Shown: positions 50,261 to 63,802 of the stretch, one piece after another
How positions within the stretch are numbered: position 1 is the stretch's first letter
Layout of the letters: each line of letters opens with the position of its first letter
DNA from: Leucoraja ocellata
Lineage: Eukaryota
DNA length: 64,000 nt
Direction: 5' to 3'
Assembly (NCBI GenBank): GCA_036785375.1
Contig: JAWMAR010000029.1
Span: forward strand, 5,704,001 to 5,768,000
Program-made: the position numbers and the translations under genes
Notes under the pieces: model-generated
Seen by the model: only the letters and a program-made list of their open reading frames with translations
Database searches by the model: none
What the model was told of the DNA's origin: nothing

Positions 50261-51779
50261 TGCATAATGTAGGCAAAGTTGTATAATTGGCTTTGAACTG
50301 GCAGATTAAGTCATTTGGTTTCAGCCTATTAAATATATTGGTCCATCCGCCTCAGCCAACCGACTGCCCTCCGCACCTCAAAAATAACCTGCAGCTACTT
50401 GTCTCCAAAAGTCTCCATCTCTGTTTCCTGGTTCCGACAGAGGGTTGAGAACCTGAAACATTGTTTGTTTTCTCTTTCCACTGATGCTTTATGAACTGCT
50501 GGGTCTTCCCAGCATTTTCTGTTTTTATTTTTGGTTTTTTGGCTTTGCAGTTTTTTTAATTCTTAAAGCTGGAGTCTGGTTAATGTTCTGAAATTATAAA
50601 AATGTGACTGAATTCATGTTTCAACTGTTTTGTGTGGTTGAGCAACAAAGCTTTATTTTAGTGGCAATCCAAATATCTATTTGAATGGATAACAGGATTT
50701 TTTATATGGCACATTGAGATGTTTGAACTTGATAAGGTCAGGATACTGTAAAGAATATTGGTCCAGCCTCTCTGGTGCGGAATATGCACGGATGAGAAAC
50801 ATTTTTCTTTTCTGGACCTCCTGGCAGTTTTAGGTGATTTGTCCAAAAACTGCAAAAAAGGTTTTTAATCTTTTTTCTGTGCTAAAACAAATGTCCCTGC
50901 GGTTTTTATCAATAATAATAATGACAAACTATTTCATGTATCTCAAAATTCAGTGAAATGAAAATTGTACTTAATCTTCAACAGTAACTAACATTATTAA
51001 AGGTAGCATTGAAATCAATAAATGATAAATCTGTGGGAAGAACAGAATATATTTTCTTTTATATCAAAGAAAATAGAGATGTTAGAATTCTAAAATAAAA
51101 CAGAAAATGTTGAAAGTATGCAGCTGGTCAGCTCATCGGTGGATTAGATATAATTTTGCAGCATATTCCCGTGATCAGTTTTATTCTGTCAGTGATATCC
51201 CTCTTTCTCTATCCTTCCTGCACGTTAACAAGCTTCTTCCGTCTCCATCCCAGTTGTGATAAATTATATTCAACGTGAAATGTTAGCTCTGTTTCTCTTC
51301 TCACAGATGTGGCCTGACTGGCTGAGTATTTCCAGCATTTTATGTTTTTGTTTAACTTGTTTGAACAGGAGAACGTGCCTTAGGCTGGTATGTGTCATGT
51401 AGCACATCTACAGATTTGTTTAACACTGATGCAAAGTTTCTTATTTCAGATAAGTGCACAACCGTAGGGTTACAGCATGCACTCATCTGAGCTAATGTTT
51501 TCACATCAGAGAAGGTTTCAGGCATTTGTTGAATATTGGAGATGTTGTGTCTCGAAGCAGCTTGAATTTCACTTTTCTAAATGCAAACTTGGTAATGCTT
51601 TCCATATATCCGAGAGAATTGCAGTTGCAGTTCAATTCAGATGTGGGGGCGAAGGCTTTCCTTGATTTACGGCTCACGTTTTATTTCATATCAGTGGAAA
51701 TTAATATATCATGAGAATCTGTCCAGTGGGCAATAAAATAGACAAGAACTTTAAAAAGAGTAGAACTCTTGTGGATTTG

Positions 51780-52300
51780 CAGAAACGTGGGTGGTGTTTA
51801 TGTTTGTCTGTTGGTCTTGCGCTAGGTGGTCAAGATCATAAGTTTGGGAAATGCTGTCACAGCAGTACAGGTGCATAACTGCATTGCACTTTATAGGGTA
51901 GTACAGGTTGCAGCCATTATGTGCTGGAGGGAATTACATATGTTGTGCGAGAGCAAAGGAAGATTTGTCCTGGATGGTGTCGATCTTGTTGAATGATGTT
52001 AAAACTGTGCCCATCCAGGCAAGCAGAGAAATTTCCATTGTACATCTGTATTATGTCTCATGGATGGTGGAAAGGCTTTGGGATCTTACTAGCTGAGTGA
52101 TTTTGCTACAGGATGATCAGCCTCGGAATGCACAATGTATGTGGCTAGCCAGGTTGGGCTCAGTCAGAGATGACTCCTATGGTGATGATGGGAACCATTG
52201 AATATCAAGGTCAGGTGGTAAGTCTTTTGTTTCTTAGGGATGGTTCTTGGCATTTATCACTTGCCATTTTTTAGTCTGTGCCTGAGTGTTTACGTCTTGC
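51780..52300 (-). mobile_element. Old second LINE family (CR1/L2 group). Other copies at about 15200-15630(-), 37750-38695(+) and 62330-62818(-)
   Basis: Recurring motif gtcctggatggtgtcg...ccatccaggcaag...ttccat at 15558-15632, 51968-52038 and 62590-62620. Shared tail with caataaatgctgg...cccacat. Confidence 0.55.
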
Positions 52301-53512
52301 TGCATGCTGACAAGGTTTTATTGCGTGACAAGTTATGCATTAAGTATGGGCTGAAGGGACAAAATACTGATGTTATAGTAAAACAAATTGTAGGAGAATG
52401 GAATTACAATGACCAGTGTATTTTGGTTACATCTGTAGTAATCACGTGTAGGAATATATAATGGAATGTAACAATGAGTTGAAAAAATGTATTAAGATAT
52501 CAATTTGCTTATAGCCATTGAATGCTGGTATAGGTTTTCCCTGAACATTATATTGGACGTGATATAGCTGGCTTCAAAGGTGGAGACACCTGCAAAACTG
52601 TTGAATAGAGTGCAAAATATCTGCTTCTACTGTATTTCATTGGTAAATACTCTTGTATTAGGAAGCTGTGGGTGGATTTCCCTCTATTAACGCTCTTCTG
52701 AGTCCAAAAGGTTATGCGCATAATGGCTCAATGGAACAGTTGTTAGAGCTGCTGCTTCACAACGCCAGAGAAACGGGTTCAATCCTAACCGTGGGTACTG
52801 TTTGTGTAGAGTTTGCACATTCCCACTCGGGACTGCATGGGTTTCCTCCTGGTGCTCTGAATTCCTCTCACATCCCAAAGATGAGTAGATGAGAAAGTTG
52901 GATAACATAGAACTCGTGTGATCGGATGATCGATGGTTGCCGTGCACTCGGTAGGCTGAAGGGCTTGTTTCTGAACGTTTTGTCTGGTTTACTGGTCGAA
53001 TAATAATTCAGATATGTCAGTCTTGAAAGGTCTCATTCCCATTATTTTCTGTAGCATTGTGTACCGTGCAAGATCAGAATAGAATTGGTGTGATTCATTT
53101 TGTAATTACAGAATGATAAATAATATCCACATGAGTGTCATCGAGCCAAATAGCATTGAGAAATGTCTTTCAGCCCACTGAGTACACATTGACTGTCAGG
53201 CACCTATTTATTTTAACCTTACGGTAATTCCAATTTATTCTCTCCACATACCCATCCACTCCTCCCAGATTCTACCACTCAACTATATACTTATGGTGGC
53301 CAATTAACATAGCAACCCACATTTATTTTGGATGTAGGCGGAAATTGGAGTAGCTGGGAAAAACCATATGAGATCACTGGGAAGCCGTGCAAACACAACA
53401 CATATAACTAGGGAGGTCAGAGACAAACCTGAGTCCCTGGAGATGTGTGACAGCAACACTGTTGAATCGGGATCTACATAAACTGATCCTATCCAACAGG
53501 TACTCTTTTCTT

Positions 53513-53902
53513 GTGTAAGAAGGAACTGCAGAAGTTGGTTTAAACCAAAGATGGACACAAAAAGTTGGAGAAACTCTGCGGGACAGGCAGCATCTCTGGA
53601 GAGAAGGAAAGGGTGACGCTTCGGGTCGAGACCCTTCCTCTGGTTAGGGATAAGGGAAACGAGAGATAAAGACGGTGATGTGAAGAGATAAAGAACAATG
53701 AATGAAGGATATGCAAAAAAAGTTGCAATGATAGAGGAATCACGCCATTTTTAGCTGTTTGTAAGGTGAAAATGAGAAGCTAGCGCGACTTGGGTGGAGG
53801 AGGGATAGCGAGAGAGAGGGAATGCCGGGACTACCAGAAGTGAGAGAAATCAATATTCATACCACTGGGCTGTAAACTGCTCAAGCAAAATATGAGACAC
53901 TG
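53513..53902 (-). mobile_element. Penelope 3' end (ORF end, UTR, pLTR with tail)
   Basis: Minus strand encodes LIFCLSSLQPSGMNIDFSHFW*, followed by UTR and pLTR. Confidence 0.82.
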
Positions 53903-54105
53903 ACGCATTGGCGTCGCACGTGTATGCATGGTTACGTCACCGTGCGTAACCTTGCGTCCCCGCAGGGTATTCTAATGACGGCACGCGCACCAGACGGCAT
54001 GATGACGCGTTATTTGCGCGTGACATCACTCGTAACGACGCGTCGACCTATTTTACATATGACGCTTAAATGAGGTGCAAATGACGGCCAAGTGGGACAG
54101 GCCCT
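53903..54105. mobile_element. Half of a PIF/Harbinger-type MITE
   Basis: CpG-rich body ending aagtgggacaggccct followed by TAA (54106-54108), a TWA-type target. Other TIR not seen. Confidence 0.55.
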
Positions 54106-54109
54106 TAAT

Positions 54110-54360
54110 TCTCCTTACTCCCTCGCCTTTACAATGGATGTTTAGTCACTCGACACTTCCATCCCCACCAGGTAGGCCTTAAAGTCCTCCGTTTCTTCCT
54201 TGAATGTGGAACCATCCAATTTCCCTCTACTAACATCTACTCCGCCCCCTCAACAACTTCTCCTTTGACTCCTCCCACTTCCTCCAAGACCAAGGCGTAG
54301 CTATGGGCACTCGCATGGGCCCCAATTATGCCTGCCTCTTTGTAGGGTATGTTGAATCCT
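54110..54360 (+). mobile_element. Penelope RT fragment
   Basis: LNNFSFDSSHFLQDQGVAMGTRMGPNYACLFVGYVE, a PLE RT motif B region. Confidence 0.8.
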
Positions 54361-54973
54361 GTCCCACGGAAATGATGTCCACATACCTCAATCCATCCTA
54401 TCCCCCCCCACCCTCCCTGTCCAAGGGGGGGGGAGAGAATCCAGTTGTGATCAAGACACCAGAAAAGGTATGTGATTGCACTGGATAGTGTACAGGGGAA
54501 TTCACCAGAATATTGGCAGGATTGGACTGTTTCTGTTATGAGGTGAGACTAGATTTGTTTTCCTTGGAATAGGGGAAGGTGAAGGGAGACTCGATAGAGT
54601 GAATAAAAATTATGAGAGGCATAGATAGGGTAGATAGGTAAGAAACTTTTCCCCATGGCGGACGGCATTGGTTTAAGGGAAGGGGTAATGAAAGGATCTG
54701 GGGACATTTTTTAGCACTGAGTGGTTGGTTGTAATATGGAACACACAACCTGGGCTGTAGAGGCAGGTGCTCTCACAACATTTAAGAAGCATCCAGATGA
54801 GCACTTGAATTGTCAAGGGCATGGGAGGCTGCAGGCCAAGTGCTAATAAATGGGGAGAGTGCAGATAGAATTTGTTGGTTTGTACATAGTGGCTGAAGGG
54901 TCTACTTCTGTGCTTTCTGACTCGTGTCTCAATGAGAACGATACCTGTCTTCAATGATTATGTTAGCAGGAGA

Positions 54974-55092
54974 AGGTAGACAAAAATGCTGGAGTAACTC
55001 AGCGGATGAGGCAGCATCTATGGAGAGAAGGAATAGGCGATGTTTCAGGTCGAGACCCTTCATCAGACAGCATCTACAGTTCTTTCTTAAAC
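54974..55092. mobile_element. 119-bp two-ended Penelope pLTR insertion
   Basis: 14-bp TSD atgttagcaggaga at 54960-54973 and 55093-55106. Inverted pLTR with a CUGAUGA hammerhead (55040-55067, minus) joined to about 25 nt of sense tail ending cttaaac. Confidence 0.88.
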
Positions 55093-58000
55093 ATGTTAGC
55101 AGGAGAGGTTTTGTAAACGGGAACAGTATTCCCGGGAATGTAGAAGATTAAGATGTGATATGATTGAAGATGTCAAGATATTAAAGGAAATTATCAATGT
55201 CAATAGTGGGAAATCAACTGCACTGGCAGGATAGTCCAAGCTTAGAAGAACTTGGCCTTGAAGAAATTGGGGTTTGGTCTTTGAGAGCGCAGGATAGTTG
55301 TAGGTTGGAACTCTGCAATTGTGACTAAACTAATCACTTTAAATGTGTGATTACCAAAGATATCAAGGAAATTGAAGCAGAGGCAGCTGGATCTGTGGAA
55401 TAAGATCAAATATGATTTCAGTGAATGGTGGAGCTGACTCTGTGCCAAATACTCTACTATTGCTGTGCTTCTAACTACTTCTGCATTGCTGACAGTTGCA
55501 CCTGTGACTGGGTTAAGAACTATGGAATGGAGATAACCCCAAGCGTCCCTAAAGATAGGTGGATTACAATTATGCAAGATTGGACAATAAGTATGCACAA
55601 TATGCGGTGACTTGTAATATTACTCAATCATTAGATTGTCTAGAAATTGAAACCGTAGCAATTTTGAATTGCAAGTCTATCAAATTACTTTTGCTGAATT
55701 ATATCACCACCCAGCTAATCGTTGGGCTCCTTCTTTATTGCAATCAATGATTGACAGTCCAAGAATTTGTTCACTTTGAAGCTGGCGTCAATGCTTTTGT
55801 TATATTTTTCTTTTAAGTGTAAGGGAAATTAATGGTCCTAACCTCAGTCATGTAATAACGTCTGCAAATTCATCAGTCAATGAAATTGTAGTCGTGAATT
55901 GGGATTGCAACATAATGTAATGCAATGTCAATGGAACTTCATTTTGATACCCAGCTGTGCTAAAATGATTTGAGACTTTTTAGGGAATTGGTGGATTAAT
56001 TTTTTTCTCAGTGTATGAATTGTAATCCATTTTACTGCTTACTATCCTTGAATATAATTTGTATTTAGTACAAAAGAATCCTGTTTAGAAATTACTAATA
56101 GTTTTAATATTAAAACAATCTGTAAGTAGCATTAGAATACATTCTCTTCTGAATTAAAAAAAATATATAATCTGCATAATAATGTGCAGAATGTTGCCTT
56201 TATGTATGTATCTTTGTAGAATCAAGTCACCGTAGGCATATTAATCATAAGGTTAATATATTTGTAATAACATGAGTTGTTGGGTAAAGTGTTTGCTGAT
56301 TGTGTTTGACATTAAGCTCACGTACTTTAAAATGCACAGTTTATTGTAGCTGTAAAAATACTAATATGTGATCTGATTTAAAACACTGTTTTGATATTAC
56401 AGTAAAAGCCGAACAAGTCTTTGTCATTAAGTGTGGCACGCACTGATTTAGTGAGAGATACATTGTATAATAGCTCATCTTTGACATTTTGTGAAGAAAG
56501 GCACTGTGCAAGGACAGATGTTAATGGAATTCAAAGGAAGTGAATGTGAAATAGAGCAGAAAGGCACCACACATTGATTAAATGAGGGAGAGCAAGCAAC
56601 GACCTCTGACCGGCATTGAAGGGCCACTTTGATTTTTTTTGAACACCACAATGTATTTTCTAATTCACTACTTAATATCTTAAGCACATCTTAGCTGTCA
56701 GGTTTAAGGAGAATTCAGCTTCCTACCCCAAATGGTTAGAACTGAGCACGCACAATTTGATATGTGGATAGCAAGACTCATCCATTTGAAATCATTCCTG
56801 CGCCATTAACATTTAACAGACAGAAGAAACTAATGCAAAGCATAATTAATGCCCAAATGTGGTATGATTGAGATCAGATTAAGACAACCTTTTGAGTTTC
56901 TGAGTAGAGATTACCAGATACGGCTGAGTAGTTGAACCTCGCTATTTATTCCAGTGAAGCAATTGATGTTTTTGATACCCCAAGCAGCTTAGCACAGCTC
57001 AACTCGCACTTCACTGAATATAGTGATCGATTATCTGTGGCTTAACCAAGCCTTCTCATTTCCTGTTTTCCATTACCTCGCTCAATCAAGTTAGGCATTT
57101 GTAACCATGTTTGTGCATTGAGATAAGCAATCGAGGCTTGTTGCTATTTGCTAATCTCTTGCAGATGGTGCTGCTGTGAGATAAGACGATCCTGTTTAAA
57201 AGATGCACTTTATTGTGTTGTCCTGGGCAGAATAAATGAAACACGGTGCATTATGTTGGGAGCATGCTTGTTGTGGAAATGGCCTTCAATTTTTTTTTAA
57301 AAAAGTACTTGTGCTGCTGGTGGGATTATAATATACATGGTCACACAATACATAACATCTCTCATAAATAGGTATGAGCGCAGCACACAACCATCGCCTG
57401 ATGAAAAGTCCTATTTACTGCACAGTATTGATCTTACATTTATGACCTATTTTAGAAATGCAGTACCTGGGCAGTTTTCACCGTGCAATAATTCAGGAGT
57501 TACTGGCTTGTGCATTAATGTTGCAGCGTTCTGTTTTTGTTGGACTGTATAGACCAATTTCAAGGCTATTAAAAATGTATGGAGTTAAATAATGCATCCC
57601 CAAACAATAATCAGTCTTTTCACAACATTTTGGGCAGGTTTTTGATTAAATCTGCTTTATGGGCAGCATGGAACTATTTTTTTTTACAAGATGGTGAAAT
57701 CCCAGGAAATTGTACAGTAGATTATGGCCAGTTTTTGATATGGAAGCTTTATCAGCCCAGTTTTTTTTTTTGATAACTGGTATGAAAAAATGCCAGCTGG
57801 TTATAACATACAAACAAGCCACGTGATTGAGAATATTCTTCAACTTTAAAACATTTCTCGTGATTTAAGTAAGTGTTGCGTATATATTTATACTTAAGAA
57901 AATAGGGGCATTAAACAAGGCGATAAATCAGAATATTTAAAAAATATGCAGCTTCAACACTATTTTTCCAAAATGAATTTAACACATTAAAATTATCTTT

Positions 58001-58407
58001 CACCACATTTATAATTTTCCTATCTTTTCACTGAGAAATGTTAGCTATGAATTGTTCCACAATTCTATCCAAGTGAGCTTTACAAGGAGCATTAGAACTC
58101 TACATTTATTTAGAGATGTAACACACACATTCTAGGAACCACTTAAACGGCAATAAATAAATATTTCGTGAACACGCTAATGCTTAATTCTTTGGTGCCA
58201 TAATTTAAAACAAAAATTGGTTAGGGCTCTTTCATTGAGTTGCTTTAATATATATTTTGTTTTTCCTGTGCAGTTTGTTGAACCATCTTCTTTCCCTTAA
58301 TCTAATATTCACTGTTAATTGTACTTTTCTATCTTGTTCTCTGTCTACCTTTTACTAACGTTCTCTTTGCTGCTGCTGCTTCATCCATTGTACATTCTTC
58401 ATTTTAG

Positions 58408-58422
58408 AAATGCCAGGAGTCT
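58408..58422 (+). CDS. RERE: Candidate 15-nt alternative microexon of RERE (AAATGCCAGGAGTCT = KCQES)
   Basis: TACTAAC branch point at 58353-58359, pyrimidine tract with (TGC)4, no AG between 58274 and 58405, acceptor ttttAG (58406-58407), donor GTAAGT (58423-58428). Length is 3n, stop-free and phase 0, matching the upstream exon. Confidence 0.6.
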
Positions 58423-58979
58423 GTAAGTTTTACCTTTTAACATCCTTACAAATGTATGAATGAGGAGAAGGAGAAAGACAGGCAACCCCATGAACTGAAG
58501 GCGTCTGAAAGGTAGAAAAACTGTGGATGTATGGGGAAGGAGCCGTGAGGGTGGATGGATTGTGCGGCTTTTTGAAAGACCGAATCGAGACCCTGGATTG
58601 AATAGCCCCTCTCATTGTTGAACTATTTTATAATTCTATGACTCGATCATTTTGCCCATGATGAGATATTGCAATTTTCATGGTTGCATTGAAGAATAAT
58701 ATCACTTTAGAAAGGTGGTTCCCTGCGAGATCTGTCACATTGTATGCTGTGATGGTGTTCATCACTACGACAAGAATTCTAATGAACATTCCGAGCAAAT
58801 AGTGGACCTCACACAGTTGGGAAAGTTTAGAGAAATGAAGGAAACATCTCGAAGCCTGCAGTTTCCCAGCCATTTTTCTCTATACCGAACACCTGATCAA
58901 GGATGAAATTATATATGCTGGAAGGTGGTTACACAAAAAAGCTGGAGAGAGGAGGTTGTGAAACTGTCTCCAGAGAGAA

Positions 58980-59035
58980 GTGGCTGGAAGGTGTGGCTGG
59001 AAGTAAAAGTGGCTGGAAGTATGCTGGAAGGTGTA
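58980..59035 (+). repeat. Short degenerate tandem repeat of gctggaag units
   Basis: gtggctggaaggtgtggctggaagtaaaagtggctggaagtatgctggaaggtg, plus one more unit near 58917. Confidence 0.7.
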
Positions 59036-59121
59036 TGTGTAATAATAGTTGTGAAAGCAGATTTGAACCTCATTACACGACTGAGATTGCATTTGCTGGT
59101 CAGTTGCATCCTTTTGACCAC

Positions 59122-59455
59122 AAGACATAGGAGTAGGATTAGGTCATTTGGAGCATTGAGTCTGCTCCGTCATTAGATCATGGCAGATCTATCTTTCCCT
59201 CTCAATCTCATTCTCCTCCCCGTAATCTTTGACACCCTTACTAATCAAGAACCTATTAATTTCAGCTTTACAAATATCCAATACACAGCTGCCTGTGAAT
59301 GAATTCCACAGATTCACCACCCTCTGGCTAAAGAAATTCTGCCTCATCTCCATTCTAAAGGCATGTAATTTTATTCTGAGGCTGTGCCATCTTGACCTGA
59401 ACTCTCCCACTACTGGAAACATCCTTTCCACATCCACCCTATCTGGGTCTTTCAT
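59122..59455 (-). mobile_element. CR1 3' end. Similar CR1 remnants at about 6975-7350(+), 7595-7700(+), 10680-10890(-), 19370-19532(-, ORF1 end), 22030-22560(-), 40150-41075(+), 44530-45010(-), 54480-54920(+) and 59820-59960(-)
   Basis: DRVDVERMFPVVGE...FRMEMRQNFFSQRVVNLWNS and equivalent motifs. Confidence 0.75.
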
Positions 59456-59986
59456 TATCCGGTCGGGAAAAGCACCACTGAACTGGTTACATCTGCATCC
59501 CTACCTTGACATGTCACTGTTCAGGTCAATGTGCCACGAAAGGTCAATAAATATAGGGTGTTATTTTATTTCACTCCATTTGATTCTTTTCATAAATCAT
59601 TGCCATAGTTAGAAAATGAAATTAAGCACTGCAAATTTTAATTTGGTTGGATTGGTTGATTAGAAGCAAGATTAGTGCCTATATTAAATGCTTTAAAAAC
59701 TAAAGATATTTTTGAAACTGATTTAGATTTGATATTTAAGATTCTGCAGTTGGTGTGGAGATGGGGATATATCATTAGAATTTCAGAATATTACCTAGTT
59801 ATCTTTTGAATTGTAAAGCTTGAGAAACAAGAGTAGAAATAGATAGGCCAGTTAGACCTAAACTAGCTGGACTATTCAATATGATCGTGACTGATCTAAT
59901 CTTTACTTCAAAGCCACTTTCCCACTCTTTCCCCAAACCATTTGACTCTTTTGAAGTTTAATGCTGTTTAAGAGATATGTATAAAT

Positions 59987-60118
59987 GTGGACACAAAATG
60001 CTGGAGTAACTCAGCGGGACAGGCAGCATCTCTGGAGAGAAGGAATGGGTGACGTTTTGGGTCGAGACTCTTCTTCACACTGATGTCAGGGGTGTGGGCG
60101 GGACAAAGCTGGAATGTT
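59987..60118 (-). mobile_element. Penelope pLTR copy. Further decayed pLTR or Penelope pieces lie near 3075-3235, 5800-5965, 8490-8620, 15628-15778, 16722-16858, 19045-19130, 34662-34935, 35570-35890, 36862-37028, 43843-43904, 44245-44292, 50435-50555 and 51075-51355
   Basis: Shared motif tgctggagtaactcagc(g/a)ggnnaggcagcatct and its reverse complement, or aggaactgcagatgctgg tails. Confidence 0.7.
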
Positions 60119-63100
60119 TACATTTTTGAATGTGGACATTGGATCAGTTGTGAATGGTTTTAACTATCCACTGCATTCCTCCACTTCCCTTCCCAGCCCA
60201 TGATCTACCTAGTGTTTCCAATCCCTGCCTGCCATGGCTGAAAACCTTTCTGGACACTGAACATAAGAAAATAATGTGAAAGAAGAAACCTGGAACAAAC
60301 TATAGGAGGTGGGCAGGCTTGCCTGTGGAATTTTAATCTGGACTTCAGCTGAATGCAGAAAATTAAATGGGAAAATAATTTTTTTTTACTTGGATGTGAA
60401 AGATGGAATAGATGATAGCAATGGCATTCACCCAAAACATGTGAAGTAAACAGGCTCTCTTTGATTAAAATGGCTTTTGTGCAAATGATTCACATTTTAT
60501 CTGCCAACTAATGTTTGACTTTGTATGAAGATAGAGCCGAGAGATTCTGATGATGTCAAATTAACATATTTTAGTTATGAGGGAGGACAATGATCGATCA
60601 TTCCTGCTGTATCTTGCATTTAATGTGTTCCAGCGTTTACTGTGTGCTCCCCATATTTATTAATAATGCGAACACTATATATAGATTAAAATAGGGAATA
60701 GAATCCCTTAATTCTCCTATATTGATTAAATATTTTGAAATTTTAAATTTTACGAGCAATATAAAGCAGATGTTATGAAGAACATATTTTCATTATATTT
60801 TATGCCGTGCCTATTTAAGTCACAGCAAAGGACACTGTAGCTTTGAACTACCTACACGGACTAATATCTAAATAAAAGGAGATTGGTTCCAACCTTTTAC
60901 ATAGGAAGTAAATGATTTCCTGAACATCTGACTGGTTTGTTCAGTATTTTCCTGCCAGATTCACTCTGCCCTGTGTAGCTAATATTCATAGTTGTGAGAA
61001 ATAGAGGTGACAGATGGCCAAATTGCCTTCAAAGCTAGCAGAGGTTTTAAATATAAATAGTGTAGGTAACAGCTACGGATGCATGGTCCAAACAAAGGAC
61101 CAGCCTGCCATAGCTAGTTTAACATCTGTGGTCACCCCGCACCATTTTGTTTTACGTTGATCTGAAAAGATTGTAGTCAGGGAGTATCTCCATGTGAGAG
61201 CAGCTGTGGTTGTGCTTATTGCTAAATGTCATGTTGTGACAATGAGATCTTCTTACAGTATGTCAGTTAAATGTAGGCAGAGAAAGTACATGAATAAGAT
61301 ATTTTGTGAGGCAGTTAATAAAAACAGGGGGCTATCCTTAGTCACATTTAACCAATGCCCTGTCTAATTTTTGAGAATAATGTAATCTTTTTAAAATGTG
61401 AAGATTCTAATTACTGAATACTATACACTTAGAAGTTACTCACCCATTGTCTGTATTTTTATTCCATTCTTAAAATAAAGCAGTTTTTATTTTAGAAATA
61501 TCGTATTTTTGGATATAGGCATCAGTAAAAATGGTTCTGAATTTACCTGATGGTTATCTCAAAGTAGTATATTTGTTAAAAAAGTGAAAAATGAACAATT
61601 TAAATATATTCAGAAAGACAAGTTTCAACTACATTTAAAAAACCTCACTGATCGCCGTTAAGTGATAAAAACTCAGCTTTGAAATTGCTTAATGTCCTAA
61701 CTCAATCTTTTAAAACATCTCGATTTTATCAAATCGTTCAATTAAGGTAAAGATATTAAATAGAAAATGTTGAAGGCTGTCCAGATTAATAAAAGGAACA
61801 TAAGCTATATTAACCTCTTCCTTGCAATTGATTTTTAATTCCTTTTCTGTTGAGGATCATTTGTGGAAATACAAATATATTTTAGGACCTGAATGTTATG
61901 CAGTTCATCCTTATTTATGCTTCTATGGACTAATATCTGTCCAATCTAATTGTGATTCAATTCTTATGTCTCTTTCTATTAATATTTATATCTATTATTT
62001 ATTCTTGCTTATTTTGTTTTATTGCATTTACACTTCTGCTGTGTTTTTGCAAAAATTGCTAATGGGGAAGAATTGATTTAAAGAAGTGGACCCATATAAA
62101 CCGCAAACAGTTTAGATGAAGCAGCATAGATAGCAGTTTCAAAGATTTGTTTTATTGCAGTATGTCAAAAATTGCAGACATTTTGTTGTAGACATTTTTC
62201 AACCAATACTTTTCATTTAATACCAACATCTAATGGTACATTAGATGAATATTAGCCATGGCAAAATATCTGCATTAAATCTGATAAGCTGAGTGTTTTG
62301 GTTTTGTTTTGCTTTGCTTTGCTTTGCTATTCATTTTATGGGAGATGTGTGATGCTGGCCTTGGCAGCAATAATTGACTGTCCCTAATTACCATGAGGCA
62401 ATGGTAATCAGCTGCCCTCATGAACTACTGCTTGCTGGGTGGCAGTTGTCAATTTTGGCAATACTGGTGCAATATCTGTGGCAAATTGCTGCAATGCATT
62501 TTGTAGATGCTCTACTCTGTAGCCTAGATTTGCTTGTGTTCGCCGGTGAAGCGAGATGGTGTCAAGTGTTTTGAGTTTTATAAGTTGCGTTCGTCCAGGC
62601 TAATGGCGAATATTCCATCATATACCTCACCTAAGGCTTGTAGGTAATGGAAAGACTTTGGAGAATTAGGAGGTGAATCACTTTCTGTAAGATATTTAGC
62701 TTCTTCACTAGTTTTTATAGAACAGTATTTAAATGCCTGGTCAAGCTAAACCACAACATTATTAGGCAGCCGTGATCCCACAGGACACGGATGGTGGGGG
62801 ACTTGATGATGGTAATATTCAATCAATCAACCTTTATTGTCATCTTGCAAGCAACAGTTGTACAGTGCAAAATGAAAAGACGTTTCCCAGGGAATACCGG
62901 AGCATCGCACATGAAATTTAAAACATTTCACACATAATAACACTAAAAACAATCCAGTCCCTGATGGAACAGTATAAATAGTTAAAAGCAGGTAAAACAA
63001 CAACGTTAAAATACAGTAAAACCAATCATAAAAATGTCCGGGGTAGCTGATTTGAGTGGCCAGTGCCAGTTATTAAAGTGTCCGTGCCAAGCCGCAGAAT

Positions 63101-63802
63101 CAGGTGACTGTGATTGTTGAATGTGATTGTCAAAAGTCCTGTCAAAAACAGGAGCAGCCGGAGTCTTACATGATCACAGGGAGAAGGTGCAAAATCCATG
63201 CAGACAGCAGCCGTGGTCAGGATTGAACCTTGGTCTTTGGTAGCTGCACCATGGTATTGCCATTTTAGGATGCAATATTTCACACAGACAGCAGCCGAGT
63301 CAGGATTGAACCTGGGTCTCTGGAAGCTGTACCTTGAATGCACATATGGGTTTCTTCGCTGTCAGGAATTCATGGGGCTGAATATTGTAAAATCAGTGAA
63401 TATCTTCACTTCTGGAAGAGGGTTGGTGAAATTGTTGATAGTTTGGCCACAGATTAATGTCCTGAACTGAGATGATTGAATTTGCAGTCATTTTTGCCTT
63501 CATCATTATTGGTAAACGACAAGAGCATGAACTTTCTATGGAATAACAACAAATGTGGAGGTGTATCAGGTCCTATGTAACCAAGACACCTAAATAAGCA
63601 TGCCCCACAATGTTGTAAAGCAGTAGCATACATTAATACCCACATTAAAGCATTGAAATGGCCAAAAATAAGTTTTATATTAGTTAATGTATAAATCTAT
63701 ATTAGTTAATCTATAAAATAGATGCACAAGCCATGGATCGTGTAGTCGTGAGTAATGCATCATTAAGGGGGATGTTGCTATACTCATTCCTCTTGATTGT
63801 GA

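Noticed and set aside
63556-63579. Minus-strand peptide YIGPDTP, identical to a motif in the RERE/atrophin C-terminus
   Set aside because: Wrong strand, only 7 residues, flanks do not match and there are no splice signals. A chance match is plausible over six frames of 64 kb.
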